Assembly: GCA_000708835.1 (NCBI GenBank)
Contig: DF237015.1
Location: 124,001-188,000 of the forward strand
Reading direction: 5' to 3'
DNA from: Klebsormidium nitens
Lineage: Eukaryota > Plantae > Klebsormidiophyceae
Length of the DNA: 64,000 nucleotides
The position numbers were made by a program, and so were the translations under genes. The stretch's first letter is position 1; each line of letters opens with the position of its first letter. Under the pieces are notes generated by a model. That model was not told the origin of the DNA. It made no database searches and saw only the letters and a program-made list of their open reading frames with translations. Positions 1-12,000 of this stretch are shown piece by piece.

Positions 1-20
1 AACTCTCGTTTCTTCTCAAG

Positions 21-3000
21 CGTTGTGCGTTGCCGAGGTCGACGGTTTCATGAACTTCCCGCGCCGCTAAAAGGGTGCAAAGCAGTGGAACATCTCTCTC
101 GTTCGAAAGACCCGCGGCGACCTACTTGTCTGCTCTTGCAGGGCCTTTCATCGTTGCAACAACAGGCCATTCAGCTCGTTACCCGCATCGCCCATGCAGT
201 CAGCCCCAGCACGCCTCTCCCGCACCACTGCGCCTCGCTGCTCGCGCACTCCCGGCTCTCGCACCTCCTCTGCTGCAACCCCCTCCCCTCGCCAGCAAGC
301 CTCTCTGACGAGGGGGACCGGGGAAAAACGCACTCATTCTGGGAAAAGTCCGCTGCTCTCTGCCCCGGGTCCCTTCTAGAAGCCACGGTGAAGTCACGCG
401 CAGGCTGCGCCTGTACGGAGTCCCCGAGCACCAGCGAGAGAGATGACGTCAGCGCTTCCGCAGAGCAGGAGCTCCGTGCGGCGATAGCCCAGAGCGCTTC
501 CGCCGGAAGGAGGTCCGCGACGGAGCTGGTGAAGCAGAGCGGACTGCTGCAAGCGCTGGCGGAGCGGCTCTTGCGCGAGGGGCGACGAGACGAAGCGCTG
601 TGCGAGGCGACGGAGGCCTTACGGATCCGCTTCGGGCTGTTCGGACACACGTTCGGGGCGGGGAGAGAAACAGAGGGGGACAGTCACGCAGAGGGCGAGG
701 AGAAGCAAGATAGCGGACGGAGCGTGACTTTGACGCCGACTGTCGCGGCGGCTCGGGTGGGCTGGCCCTCGCTGTTCTCTCGCAAGGAAACGAGCGGAAA
801 GATCAGCGGACTTCACAACTCGTGGAGGGTCGTCGGGGATTACCTGGAGAGTCTTTTCTTCGTCGGGACGCTCTCCGAGAGCGCGGGAATGGTCGACGAT
901 GCGGAGCAGAATTTTCGGGAGGGGCGGCGGATCGCGGAGGCGGCAGGCGCCGCGCACGTTTGCGCGGCCTTTCTGTCGAGCATGGGGGAGGTGAAGCGGA
1001 AGAAGGGGAAGTGGGACGCGGCAAGCGAGGCGTTCGAGCGGGCCGGGGAGTTCCTCCGGGAGGCCCCGATTGACTGCGAGGGCTGCCGGGTGCTGGCGCT
1101 GGCTCGGCTGGAGAGACGAAAGGGGGATCTGGTGAGAAGGCGCCCGGGGAGCGCGTCAGAAGCGGGGAAAGAGCAGTCGGGGGCTCGGGAGCACTACGAG
1201 AGGGCTGCGAAGATGCTGCATGGCGTCGTTGGGAGCGAACCGGGGAGCGGTCGCAGGGAAAAGCAGCATCTGGTTGAGCGGGCGGGGCTAAGTAAGGGTT
1301 TAGGAGCGACGGCTGAGCTGGAGGAAGGTTCGATGGAAGGGGTGAAACGGAACCTGATGTGGGCGATGTCCGAAGCGGAGCCCAGCAAAGAGCTCGTCGT
1401 TCCGGTCAAACGGAAACCCGGCAGGAAGGCGCCGGCGAACCCGGAACGGACACCGCTCGCGGAGGCCCCCACGAACCACAAGACAGGACGGCCGGGCCGC
1501 AAAAAGGCGGCAGTAGAGGTAGTGACGATTCTTTCGTCCGACGAGGAAGCGAGCTGCGTCACGCGACTCGAGACCGCGAACCCGGCAGGGAAACGGAAAG
1601 GCCCTGTTCGAGGTCGCGCGAGCAAGATTGCGCAGGAGAGCAGCGCGTCGGAGCTCGAGAGCGAGGCCTCGTCGACCAGCGTGGCGAACAGCAGGGCCCC
1701 AGTCACTCGGAAACAGCCCCGGGGAAGGAAGCCGCGAAACGCGGCAACCGGTTCTGACGCTGCGTCGGAGTCGAGCCCACCCGCCAAAAGGGTTCCTGCT
1801 CTTCCGGACCTCGACAAGAGGCAGGAAAAGCTGCGGAGAGTCGTGCTGCTGGAGAAGGATTCCGTGCTGCCCGCTCTCCGGGGGTCCAGGCTGGGGAAGA
1901 TTCCGGTGGGCGCAGCGGAACTGGACGAGCTGCAGGCGGGAGTAGGGCGCATTGCGCTGAATGATGCCGGCGGCGAACGGATGGAGCGGGGCTCAGATGC
2001 GGGGTTGGAGCCTTGGCTGCCGGCGGCGAGGGAAGAGCTTGCGCGGGTGCTCGTTCAGCAAGGTGAGTAGCAAGGAGTTGGTCTCGTTGGAAACCTGTGG
2101 TCAGTGTCGCACCGCCGTTTTACCGTTGGAAGGACTTAAGAAGCTCTGGTGTGTGCAGGTCTTCGACTTTCTTTGGTGACAACTGGTGGACAAGCCTGTT
2201 TTGCACGGGCGAGGCCCCCGGCGGTGTCCTTGAAGGCGTCGACCCCGACGGGGCCAGTGTGTTTTAATCGCACTTTGAGCCCAAGACTCTACAAGAATCA
2301 TTGGCGGCCAACTTCCGCAGGCATGCAGCGTGCGCTGCTAGGTTGTTTCTTAGTTCTTTTTCTAAAAATTCCCTTTAAATCATTGCAGGCAAGTGCTGCT
2401 CCTCGCCAGAGCAAGCCCGGACCCTCTTCCTCCGGGGCCTCGCTCTAGTTCGCCACTGCCCGGCGGCATTTTCATCGTCCCTGGAACTCTCTCCACCCGC
2501 CCATCACCCCCTCACCGAAGCCGCCCTCCTCTACCACCTCAGCCTGCTTGCGCTGTCTTCCTCATCACCCCCCTCAGCTGCCCAGCATTCGTCCCCCCTG
2601 GAAATGCTGACTCGCGCGTATGATTTTTCCACGTCAGCACCCCTCCTGTTTCGAAAGATAGCCCTCCAGCTGGCCGCGCTGCACAGCACGCCGTTGGGGG
2701 ACGGTTGCGAGTGCCACGTGTCAGCCGATGCGAGGATTGCGGCCTACTATCACCAGGCTGCGGTCGGAGCGTCCTCCATGCAGCAGCATCGGGCGATCCT
2801 GGACACGAAGCTTGCTGCTCTGTCTCGGACCTCAGATACTGAGGTGAGACATCAGAAACTTTGAAGGAAACCTGTGTTGATTTGCATGGGTTTTGGATTG
2901 CCCAAGCTGAGCAGTGCCTTTCAAAGAAAAGGAGTTCCATCTTTGCTGGACCCCTTGCCCCACTGTAGAATGCAGATCGGTGCGTCATATACTTGTGACA

Positions 3001-6000
3001 TCATGCATCGCCACTTCAAAAGGCTGCCGTTGAGGGCTGTGATTCGTTGCGCAGGACAAGCAAGCAAAGGCGGAAAGTGGCGACCTACTCAGGGAGGTGC
3101 GAAAAGAAGTAAGGTGGGTTTCTCGGCTTCAATACCCCGACAATCGTGCTTGAGGAAAAAGTCTTGTTGACCGAAGCAATGCTTGCATTTCACCGTTGAA
3201 CTGCAAGACACATGGTGCTCGGCCCAATGACTCGTTCGTCGATCGCACCCAGTCAAGTTGACGTGCTTTTGGTGGCCTCTGCCGGTTGCGTCAATTGCAC
3301 GTTGGACGTTCATTGTGCCATCAGGCAAGGTTATAGATCTTAACTCCTTGCCAATGATGCTCTCTATCTAAACATTCACTGTTTCTTTGACAGTGCTCCC
3401 AAGCTGTGCGTCGGTCATTGGCCCGACACCCTCAAGGCGGACTTCCACAACCGCATCCTTGACAGCCTGCCCCCCAATTCCGCTGTCTGCTGCATCAGCG
3501 TCGTTCGACCCCCCTCTTTCTCCGGCGCGCCTTCTGACTTCCCCACAGCGGACGACGAGCGCTCGTCAGACGGCGACCCTTCCCTGCTCATAACCCGTAT
3601 GACATCCGACAAGAGCCGGAAACCCGTCTCCGTCCGGCTCCCCATTCCGGTCTGCATGTCCGAGCGCGGAGCCTCAGCGGAACCGGAAGTCCTCCGGGCG
3701 GGGCATGAGTCAGCGTACGACGAGCTGAGCGACGACGAGAGCACGGGTGACGTCAGCGTGACGGGGGAGACGACGCTGAGGTCAGCGCTGGAGGAAGTGC
3801 TGGAGTGCTTTGCGGAGATTCTGGAGGAGAGCCGGCGGTCGACCGCGGGGCAGGTGGACACGTCAGCGCAGAAGAAGCGGTGGTGGCGCTGGCGGCTGAC
3901 GCTGGACAAGAACCTGGGTGGCCTGCTCCAGTGAGTTGGACAGCGCGTTTTCTTGCTGCTTGCTTTGTCCGCGCTTCTCTTGTAAGTTTTCAAAGGGCTC
4001 TCCTACCGGGGAAAAATGCCTTCGTGGGGTGTCCAGCAATGCCTCGCGAGTGCGGAGTGCAATCCTCTGAGAGACATTTCACGTTTGGTCGTGTTTGCGT
4101 TTCAATGGCCGAAGTAACGCTCGCTTGCAGAAGAAGAGAGTCGGCCTGATTGAACGAGCTTTGCAACACTCCCTGATCTGAGCTGCGGAGTTTTCTGGAC
4201 CTTCAGATATATAAGGGGTTGTGTGAGTATTTAGCAGAAAAATTGAGAGTCACCCAGGGGACAGCTTGGGGGCGGTGATGCAACGCACCCCTTGCGCCTG
4301 CATAGCCCCCGAGCATGCATCACATAATACATTCCTCACAAAGACGACTCCCTTCTAAAGCAACCTTTACATTTACACTTCCAGCAACTGGTGTTCTGCA
4401 GAGGCCTACGGGTTGGATAGATGCGTACGCACCTTCCCCACCGTGAAAATGTCCGTGACAATCTTGCGTATCTGTGCAGGACGATGGAGGACACGTGGCT
4501 GGGCCCCTGGCGCTGCCTCCTGGTGGGCGAACCCGCAAACCCCGCCGCTTCTGCCGCGCTCGTCGCGGCCGCCCGCGACCTCAAGAAGCGCATGGACGCC
4601 GCAAAGCAGGGCCGCGCCGAGTGGGCCAACCCGACAAAATCGGGGCCCTGTGTCGACCTGGAGCTCGTCCGTTTGCTGCTTCAGGGAGCGCACTCCCTCC
4701 CAGACGGGGCCCTCGAGTCGGCCGTCGCGGAGCTCCTCGGGTGGAGCCCCGAAGTGGCGGAATCCGCAGCGGAACTGCGCGAGGAGAGCGGACGGAACCG
4801 GACGCCTCGCGGCCGCGGGGGCGCGGACGAGGCGAGCGACAGCGGCAGCGAGAACGAGAGCGGAGAGGAAGACGGGCCGGAGGGGCTGGAGCTGCGGCAG
4901 GCGAAGCTGGTGGTGCGGCTGGCGGACGAGATGCGGCGGGTGGCGATCGAGGCTGACGTCAGCGACGGGGATGGGGACGTCAGCACGGCGAAAGGGGGCA
5001 AGGGATCGCGGAAGCCGTCACGGGGGAAGAAGACGAGAGGAGACGAGGACGCGAAGGGCAGGAGCGGGGAACGGCTTCCTGTAGTGCTAGTCCTGGACTG
5101 CGATCTGCAGGTGAGGTCTAGCGTGACGGATGCTTTCACAAGACTCTGTTCTTCGGTGAGGGCTTCTCAGAAGGACCTGCATGTGCGAGCCCACCGTTGG
5201 TATTCATTTTCAAGGTCTTTTGAGCGAAAGCAGCGAGCGTTCTTGACGCTTCGATTTGTGTGCCCGGTAAGTTACGGGCCTGCAGCTGCATTTAGGAATG
5301 TTCAGCTGCTCGGTTTTCTCGCTCGGTAGTCGAATCGGCATGCGAGCGCTGCGGAGATCGGTCTCTGATAAGTCACTCAGAGGACACAAAGGCCAGAAAA
5401 TGTTTTAATCCGCTATTGCAATGGTTTCTTGACGAGTTCTCTGAACAGCCTGAATCATCTAAGCATTGGCATTAGAAATTTCTAGAGAGTTAGAACCAAT
5501 TCCAGGGTCAAAATCCTAGAACCTTAAAATCTCTACAATCTTAGAATACTCCTTCGCAGGCGCTGCCGTGGGAGAGCCTCCCCGTCCTCCGCTCCTCCCG
5601 CGTCTACCGAGCCCCCTCGGTCGCCAGCATCCGGGCACTCGTCGCCCGAAGCCGCCACCAAAGCCTCCTCGCGACGGCGACCACCGAAGAAAGAGCCCGA
5701 TTTTCCGTGGACGCTTCCAACGCCTTCTACCTGCTGAACCCAAGCGGGGACCTGGAGGCGACGCAGGCGTCCTTCGAGCAGTGGTTCAGGAGCCAGAAGG
5801 GCTGGCAGGTCAGTCTCAGAGAGGGCGTGTTGGAACGCGTAACGCCAAGCTAAAACACCAGTTTCAGCGTTTCCGCCCCTAGCACTTGGCCCTGCTTAGA
5901 GTGACCGGTGTTGGTATTGCGCAAACCGAAAGAGGGCGTCGAGAGATTAATCTTCTTAATCAAATGTTCATTAGGGCTCCGCTCTGCCGGTTGCTTGGAA

Positions 6001-7282
6001 GAGCAAGTAGTCAAGTTTTAGGCGGCAACACTCAATCTTAGTTTAAAGGAGCGTCTGTTGTCAAAAAGCTACGTTGGAGACGCGTTCTTTGAGAATCTCG
6101 TGGCTGGGACAGGCTCTTTTCCTTTTGACCTGATGCGAATTTCGCAGGCGCACGGACCCGGCACCTCGAAAGTGCGAGGTCGGAGCCGTTCACTCTGACT
6201 CCCTTTCGCCCCCTGCTGGCCGACTGTCAAACAGCCATCACTGGGGCAGGGGTTCCATACCCGAAAGAGATTGACCTTCCGAGTTTTCTTGCATAAGACC
6301 AGCGCGTTCGACTCTGCTTGCGAAAAACAAACTTAAACAATGGCCTCGATTGCAGGGGCTGGTGAACCGGCTGCCGTCCGTAGAGCAGCTGCTGACGGCG
6401 CTCCAGGAGCACGACCTCTTCGTATACCTCGGCCACGGGAGCGGTAAGTGGCCCTCTGGATCCAGAACTTTTGTCCTTGTTTGATGTTTGCTTTCTCTTT
6501 CGGTGTCATCGCAATGAGATGCACTTGTTTGCTTCAAAGGAGCTTGCGAGCACGTCAAAACTTCTTTCAAGAATCTCTTATCGTTTCGTGTGGACATTTC
6601 GGTTGACACTGCATTCAAACGACCTGCAATGCCTCGCGCACCTGATCTCGGAGCATAAATACTCAAGAAGAAGATACAGGGCGCCGTCCGTCCTCTTACT
6701 AATCCCCACCATACCTCAATTCAGTCGTGTTCTCAGACCGTCTGCTCACAGGCCTTTAACAATCTCACCCAAACATTCCTACTATTCCGTCGAGTCTTGC
6801 CAAATTCTCAAGAATTGAACACCGCTTCTTCTCTGGGACTCAATGCAGGCGAGCAGTTCCTTCCCCCCCGCTCCTTGCGCCGCCTTCGGCAGTGCGCCAC
6901 TGCGCTTCTGATGGGCTGCAGCAGCGGCCGGCTCACTCTTCGGGGAGACTACGAGCCGATGGGCGCGGTGCTCTCATACCTTATGGCGGCCAGCCCGGCT
7001 GTGGTCGCCAACTTATGGGACGTCACGGACGGCGATATCGACCGCTTCAGCAAGACGGTCTTGCAGCGGTGGCTTCAGCCCCGGAGCGGTGACGGGTCAG
7101 ATAGCGAGAACGAGCAGGGGGGGTCGAGGGCAAAATGGCGCGCTGAGTTTGAGCTGCCCCCCCGGGAGGAGTGCATAGGCAGCGCGGTGGCGGACGGGCG
7201 CGCGGCCTGCATTCTGCCGTTCCTGATCGGGGCGGCCCCTGTCTGCTATGGGGTGCCGACCGGCGTAACGATGAGAGAATAG
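21..7282 (+). CDS. ESP1: Separase (peptidase C50), multi-exon, 5'-truncated by the window edge. Approximate exons: 21-2062, 2389-2843, 3393-3930, 4469-5110, 5561-5809, 6356-6443, 6849-7282.
   Basis: C-terminal separase motifs in successive exons: ILEES..ST..KKRWWRWRLTLD..L, EDTWLGPWRCLL, LVLDCDLQ/ALPWESLPVL, NAFYLLNPSGDL, HDLFVYLGHGSG (catalytic His), ALLMGCSSG (catalytic Cys), VVANLWDVTDGDIDRF, IGAAPVCYGVP. GT-AG boundaries keep the frame. Confidence 0.95.
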
Positions 7283-9009
7283 GGACCGCTGACGGATTCG
7301 ATTTCAGCGGCGAAGCGAGGAATCGCTGAAGGACTTGGATACAGCAGCGCAGGTGGCAAAGCTAGACTGATTTGATCATGCTATACGAAGCACTGATCTT
7401 AGATCGCTTCTGCTCCAGGAAGTGCAGATAAAGCTCCAACGAGTCAATACCTACGGACAAGTTGGTAAGCTAAAGAGTCGACTCGAAAGTACTGTTCGTC
7501 AAGTCAAGTGCTCTGGAGTGAGTGGCATTCCAGCCATCTCATAGATCAATGTATAATGCTGGCCATGCTGCTAGTTAGTTCGTCTCTTCGTTACTTCTGG
7601 CACGTGGCTCACTGAATGTATTAGCCACAGCGCCTAAACGAGCTTGTAGGTCAGTGACAAGCTGCCATTGAGTCAGAACTTTGGAGCAGATCATGTTCCA
7701 ACAAGCCGGCCATCTGCGCGACTGTTTCTCGTCGGATACGCACTCGCATGATCCGACTCGATCCGACGACTCATGTCTAGGTGTTGTGGATGATCGGTAC
7801 ACATGTGTGTGCAAGAGCGACGTGGGGATCTCAAAGTGATGACACGTGAATACTATTCTGTGCATACATGTTTGGCGTACGTTAGTACAGTGCAAGTTCT
7901 GGAAACTTAGGATAGAGCCAATTTCAATTGCATGATCGACTTGCATCAATCATTTAGATGGCCTGGCCGTGCTTCATTTGAATTTAGTACCTAAGCGCGG
8001 GCGCGGCGGCGCCAGCGCCAGGCCTGGCGTCGCCGTCGAACTTCCCGGGCCGGCGTCGGAATTGGCCCGCCGCGCGCGGCATGACGATAAGTAGTTCTTA
8101 TGCATGCACAATATATGATTGGTTAATACGCGGTATATATATAAGCGCACTGCACATGTGCCTCAGTGCATCATGATCGTGATTATCATGGATCGCTTAA
8201 TTGCATATCGGTATATACACCAGCGTAAACGTGACGGCAACTCAGCGAAGAGAGCATCATATCGGTTTCATGCAATTGTCAATTAGTGATTGCATTCAAC
8301 CTTACAGCTTAGGATAGCCCACGCGCATAGTTGTCGATTGCGGCGCGAGGACCATGGGTAGCGCATACTATGATAGGATTAATACACTGCATATGTAACC
8401 TGCGGCCGGGCGCCTTGACGATCGAAGTCAATGAAGTCGAGATTCAAATAGGGGCCTTTGGAAACGCGACTTCAAACCGGCTGGCAGCATTTGGCGAATT
8501 ATTGCAGGAATTCCTCAGGAAGACATATGCCCAACACGATGCATGGAGTGGATGATTCCAAATTTGTGCTGCATTAAGAGATACCTACAACTGCAGGCGG
8601 TTCAATGTCAACCGTCCTTACTTCGCTAGCAATGCACCCTGACTGTTTCAGCTATACGTGTCTCTTTGCGTGTTGCTTTCAAGTGACCAAGCGCGTCAAT
8701 TCATCAGTGAAGCTAGATCTAGATCATCAGTAAAGCTAGCTCTAGATCAACTGCTTACCTATTGCAGTTGACTCGGGTTGCAAAAAGCGTCTCTTAACAG
8801 GCGTAAATAACTCAACACTACTGTTCAACGGCTTCCAGTTAAAACCAATCACGAGACATAAGATTTGTACGACCAACCCCGCTAAATGATACATATGTTG
8901 AAGAATGAGTGCCCGATGTCAGCGAGAGGTAATTCCTAAGATGCTCATAAATCTTGCCCTCATATCAAACGTCATCTTACAAACAGCTGCCAAAGAACTG
9001 TCGGTTCGC

Positions 9010-12000
9010 CTATTTCTTGTCCTGTGCTTCTTGCACGACCAAGAGGGAAGCTTGCTCCCCCACGCCAATGCGCAAAACGGCGTCCGCAACCGGACCCAAA
9101 ACGAGTTTTGTGTCCGAAATTTCCCTGCCGGACATGGTCGCCGTTAGTGTATCTCTCAAACCCTTAAACGAGGGCCCTCGGGAAAGCGGGGCGGGGACTT
9201 CTCCTGGGAAGCAGGAGAGCGGTCGGGACACGTGGCGGCCCACGATGACCAGGTCGTACTCGGGGAGCTTGAGCGCCTGCGCGAGGAGGAACTAGGATGA
9301 GGGTGAGCCAACGACAGCCGCGCTCGCCGATAACAAAGCGGTCATCCATGAGACCAAAAAGTAGCGAAGAGGCCTCTGGAAGAGCGGCTATGTTGACGGT
9401 TGTATACAGGAGAGGGGAGACGCTAGGTGGGCAATAGCGAGCAAGAATCTTATGGCGTCCTGCAACTCAAAGCACGTTTCGATCTGCTATTGTCCCAACT
9501 ACATCGTTGTTCGACGGTTGAAGAGACAGCTAAGAGCGGCACTGCCTGTCAGGACTGACTCCCACGCCCGCGCAGCCAACAGAACGCCCTATCATTGAAA
9601 AACTTTGAAATTCATAAAAGGAACGCTTGGTACAGAAAGAGTCCTTCCTGGCATTTCCTCCAGAGGTGCGGGAGCGGTGCTATGACAATCGTAGAGCGGA
9701 GGAAACACCGAGCACTTGAGATAGCAAAGGATAGGCAATACAAAGTCAATCAAGCGAAGATTTGACGGCTTTCAGGCGGACGCTACGAAAGCAGTAAGTG
9801 CAAGATGGAGAACAAGCTCAACCGCTTCTTATGGTGAGGAGGTCCTTCTCTTCGTGCCAAAAAAAAGAACGCCGAGAAACGGGTTGCAAGCCTCTGACCT
9901 GCACCGTTGCCTGCACGTTCCTCTCATCGACGTCCATTTCCTCCAGCGTCGCTCTCTCCCTGCGCCCCTCGGACCGATCCTTCTTGATCTCCGCGATCAA
10001 CAGCGCCGCGGCGGCTTCATCCAAATCTTCCTCCCGGTTTGGCTCCAACCGGGCGACCTCAATACTCACATCCTCAGACTGCTGCGTCGCTTCAACCGGG
10101 GCCTCAATCTCCGCGCTCTGGCGCCGGCTAATCAGCGCACTCCCCTCGGAGAAACTAGCGCGGGCAGCGGGGGCCTTGTTGAGACGGAAGCGGACGACCG
10201 TGAGAGAGACTTTCGCGTGCGTCCCGATGCGGGTTGCGAAGGACAGGGCCTCGCGGTCGTCGGCGCCGCCGAAGAAGAGCATGACTGCCCGGGTGAGGGG
10301 ATCCCTCTCGGGAGAAACGGAACGAGGGGACTGGAGAGAGTGGCCGGAGCTTTCCTCCGGGGTAACTAGAAGGGCGACGCTGCAGGGGGCATGCTTCAGC
10401 GTCTGCATCGTAATCTGCGAGAAGAGAGAGAGATTCTCAAGACGAGCTTCTCCTACAGTTGTTTGGTTGTGGACAGGAACCGTCCGAGAGCGATGGTTGG
10501 TTTTGCAATGCCGTAGCCGTTAAGTAACAAGCTTCTGCATGAGCAAGTTCAGCAAGTAATAGGAATCTCCTGATTGTTTACCTATGACCTTTTTTCTTAC
10601 CGAGTGGCACGGCTACGACTGCTAAAACTAGGCAACGCTGTGAAGCATTTGCTGATAAAGGATAAGAATAGGGATCACAAGAGATTAGGCGTTAAAGGCT
10701 AGGAGCTCAGGTTCTGGTAGTTTTTTTGGGGCTAGTTTGCACCTGATTTAGCACGTTCCCCGCCCAAAATGAGCAGCTTTCCAAGCGCTGCCACTCTCTG
10801 ATACGGCATCAGCAGCCTGTTCCGGATTCACAGAATCTGCCGTCTAGAGTCGTCAGTTTTCAAGCGTTCTGTATTGGTAGGCTTTCAGGGTTTGAGACGC
10901 AACTCAGGCCAGTCCCCCGAAATTCCGAGCAGCTTTTCGAGCGCGCAAGCCCTTTCATACGGCAGCACCAGCACGCTGCTCCACATGCGGTTCACCTGTT
11001 TTGAAAGTAAGACCTTTGTAATCTTAGGATGTGGGTTCTGAGGGGCGTTTGGAGATATGACCCACCTGGCTAAGCCCGCTTCCCGGGAAGTCGAGCAGCT
11101 TTCCGAGCGCGCGCGCCCTCTGATACGGCAGCACTAGCACGTTGTCCCTTGTGCGCTTTTTTACCTCTTCAAAACAAGGTTTGTTACGTCTTAAAACTAG
11201 GGTTCAAGGGGATATGGAGGGTTCGAACCCACCTGGTTAAGCCCACTCCCCGGAAAGTCGAGCAGCTTTCCGAGCGCGCCCGCCCCTCTGATCGTACGGC
11301 GGTTTCCAGCACACGTAACTGTGCGTGTGTTCTCACCTTTTTTCGAAGCGAAAATTTCGACTCCTGGAGATAAGAATTGAAAACTCACCTGGTTAAGCCC
11401 GCTTCCGGGAAAGTCGAGCAACTTCCCGAGCGCGCCCGCCCGTTGATACGGCAGCACCAGCACGTTGCTCTGCGTGCGCTCCGCGGCAGCTTTGATGTCC
11501 TCGTGCATGTGGGCGATCGAAGAAACGGCCACGGATGACGTCACGGGGACACGTGCCTCCAGGTCGTTGAACGACTTGAAAGCGACGCCGATGTTTGTCA
11601 TGCCGAACGCGGGGGAGACCCTGAAGTGTTTACGGCAGGTGGGTCAGGTGATGATTCTGGAGAGTCGTTGAAACAGAAGTCTTTGACCCGTTCCTTGCGT
11701 CACTCTTTGTTTACTAAGGTCACCGAAGCACGGCCATCGGACGGCTGGTAACTTAAGGTTGGCACTAGTAGGACCTGATAGATTTGTGAAACTTCGATGC
11801 AAAATTCATTGCTTCCAAAATCAAGCGGAAGCTATGAAATCTGTGGAACTTCTCTGAAACAGATCTTGCCACACTTGAGTTGAAGAGGAGACTTGAAACG
11901 AGATGACAGAAAGTTGACGCATAGAGAGAGCTTTGAGATAAAAGAAAAAGAGTATAAGAGACTCTGATCTGCCACGTTTATATCAGACGGCTTTTCCTCC

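Noticed and set aside
148-5139. Many Arg/Ala/Ser-rich ORFs overlapping separase exons in other frames or strands
   Set aside because: Shadow ORFs of GC-rich coding exons; the separase frame explains the sequence.
10741-11470. CRISPR-like repeat-spacer arrays here and at 52900-53555
   Set aside because: Eukaryotic introns, degenerate repeats matching the adjacent exon, irregular spacing and no cas genes.
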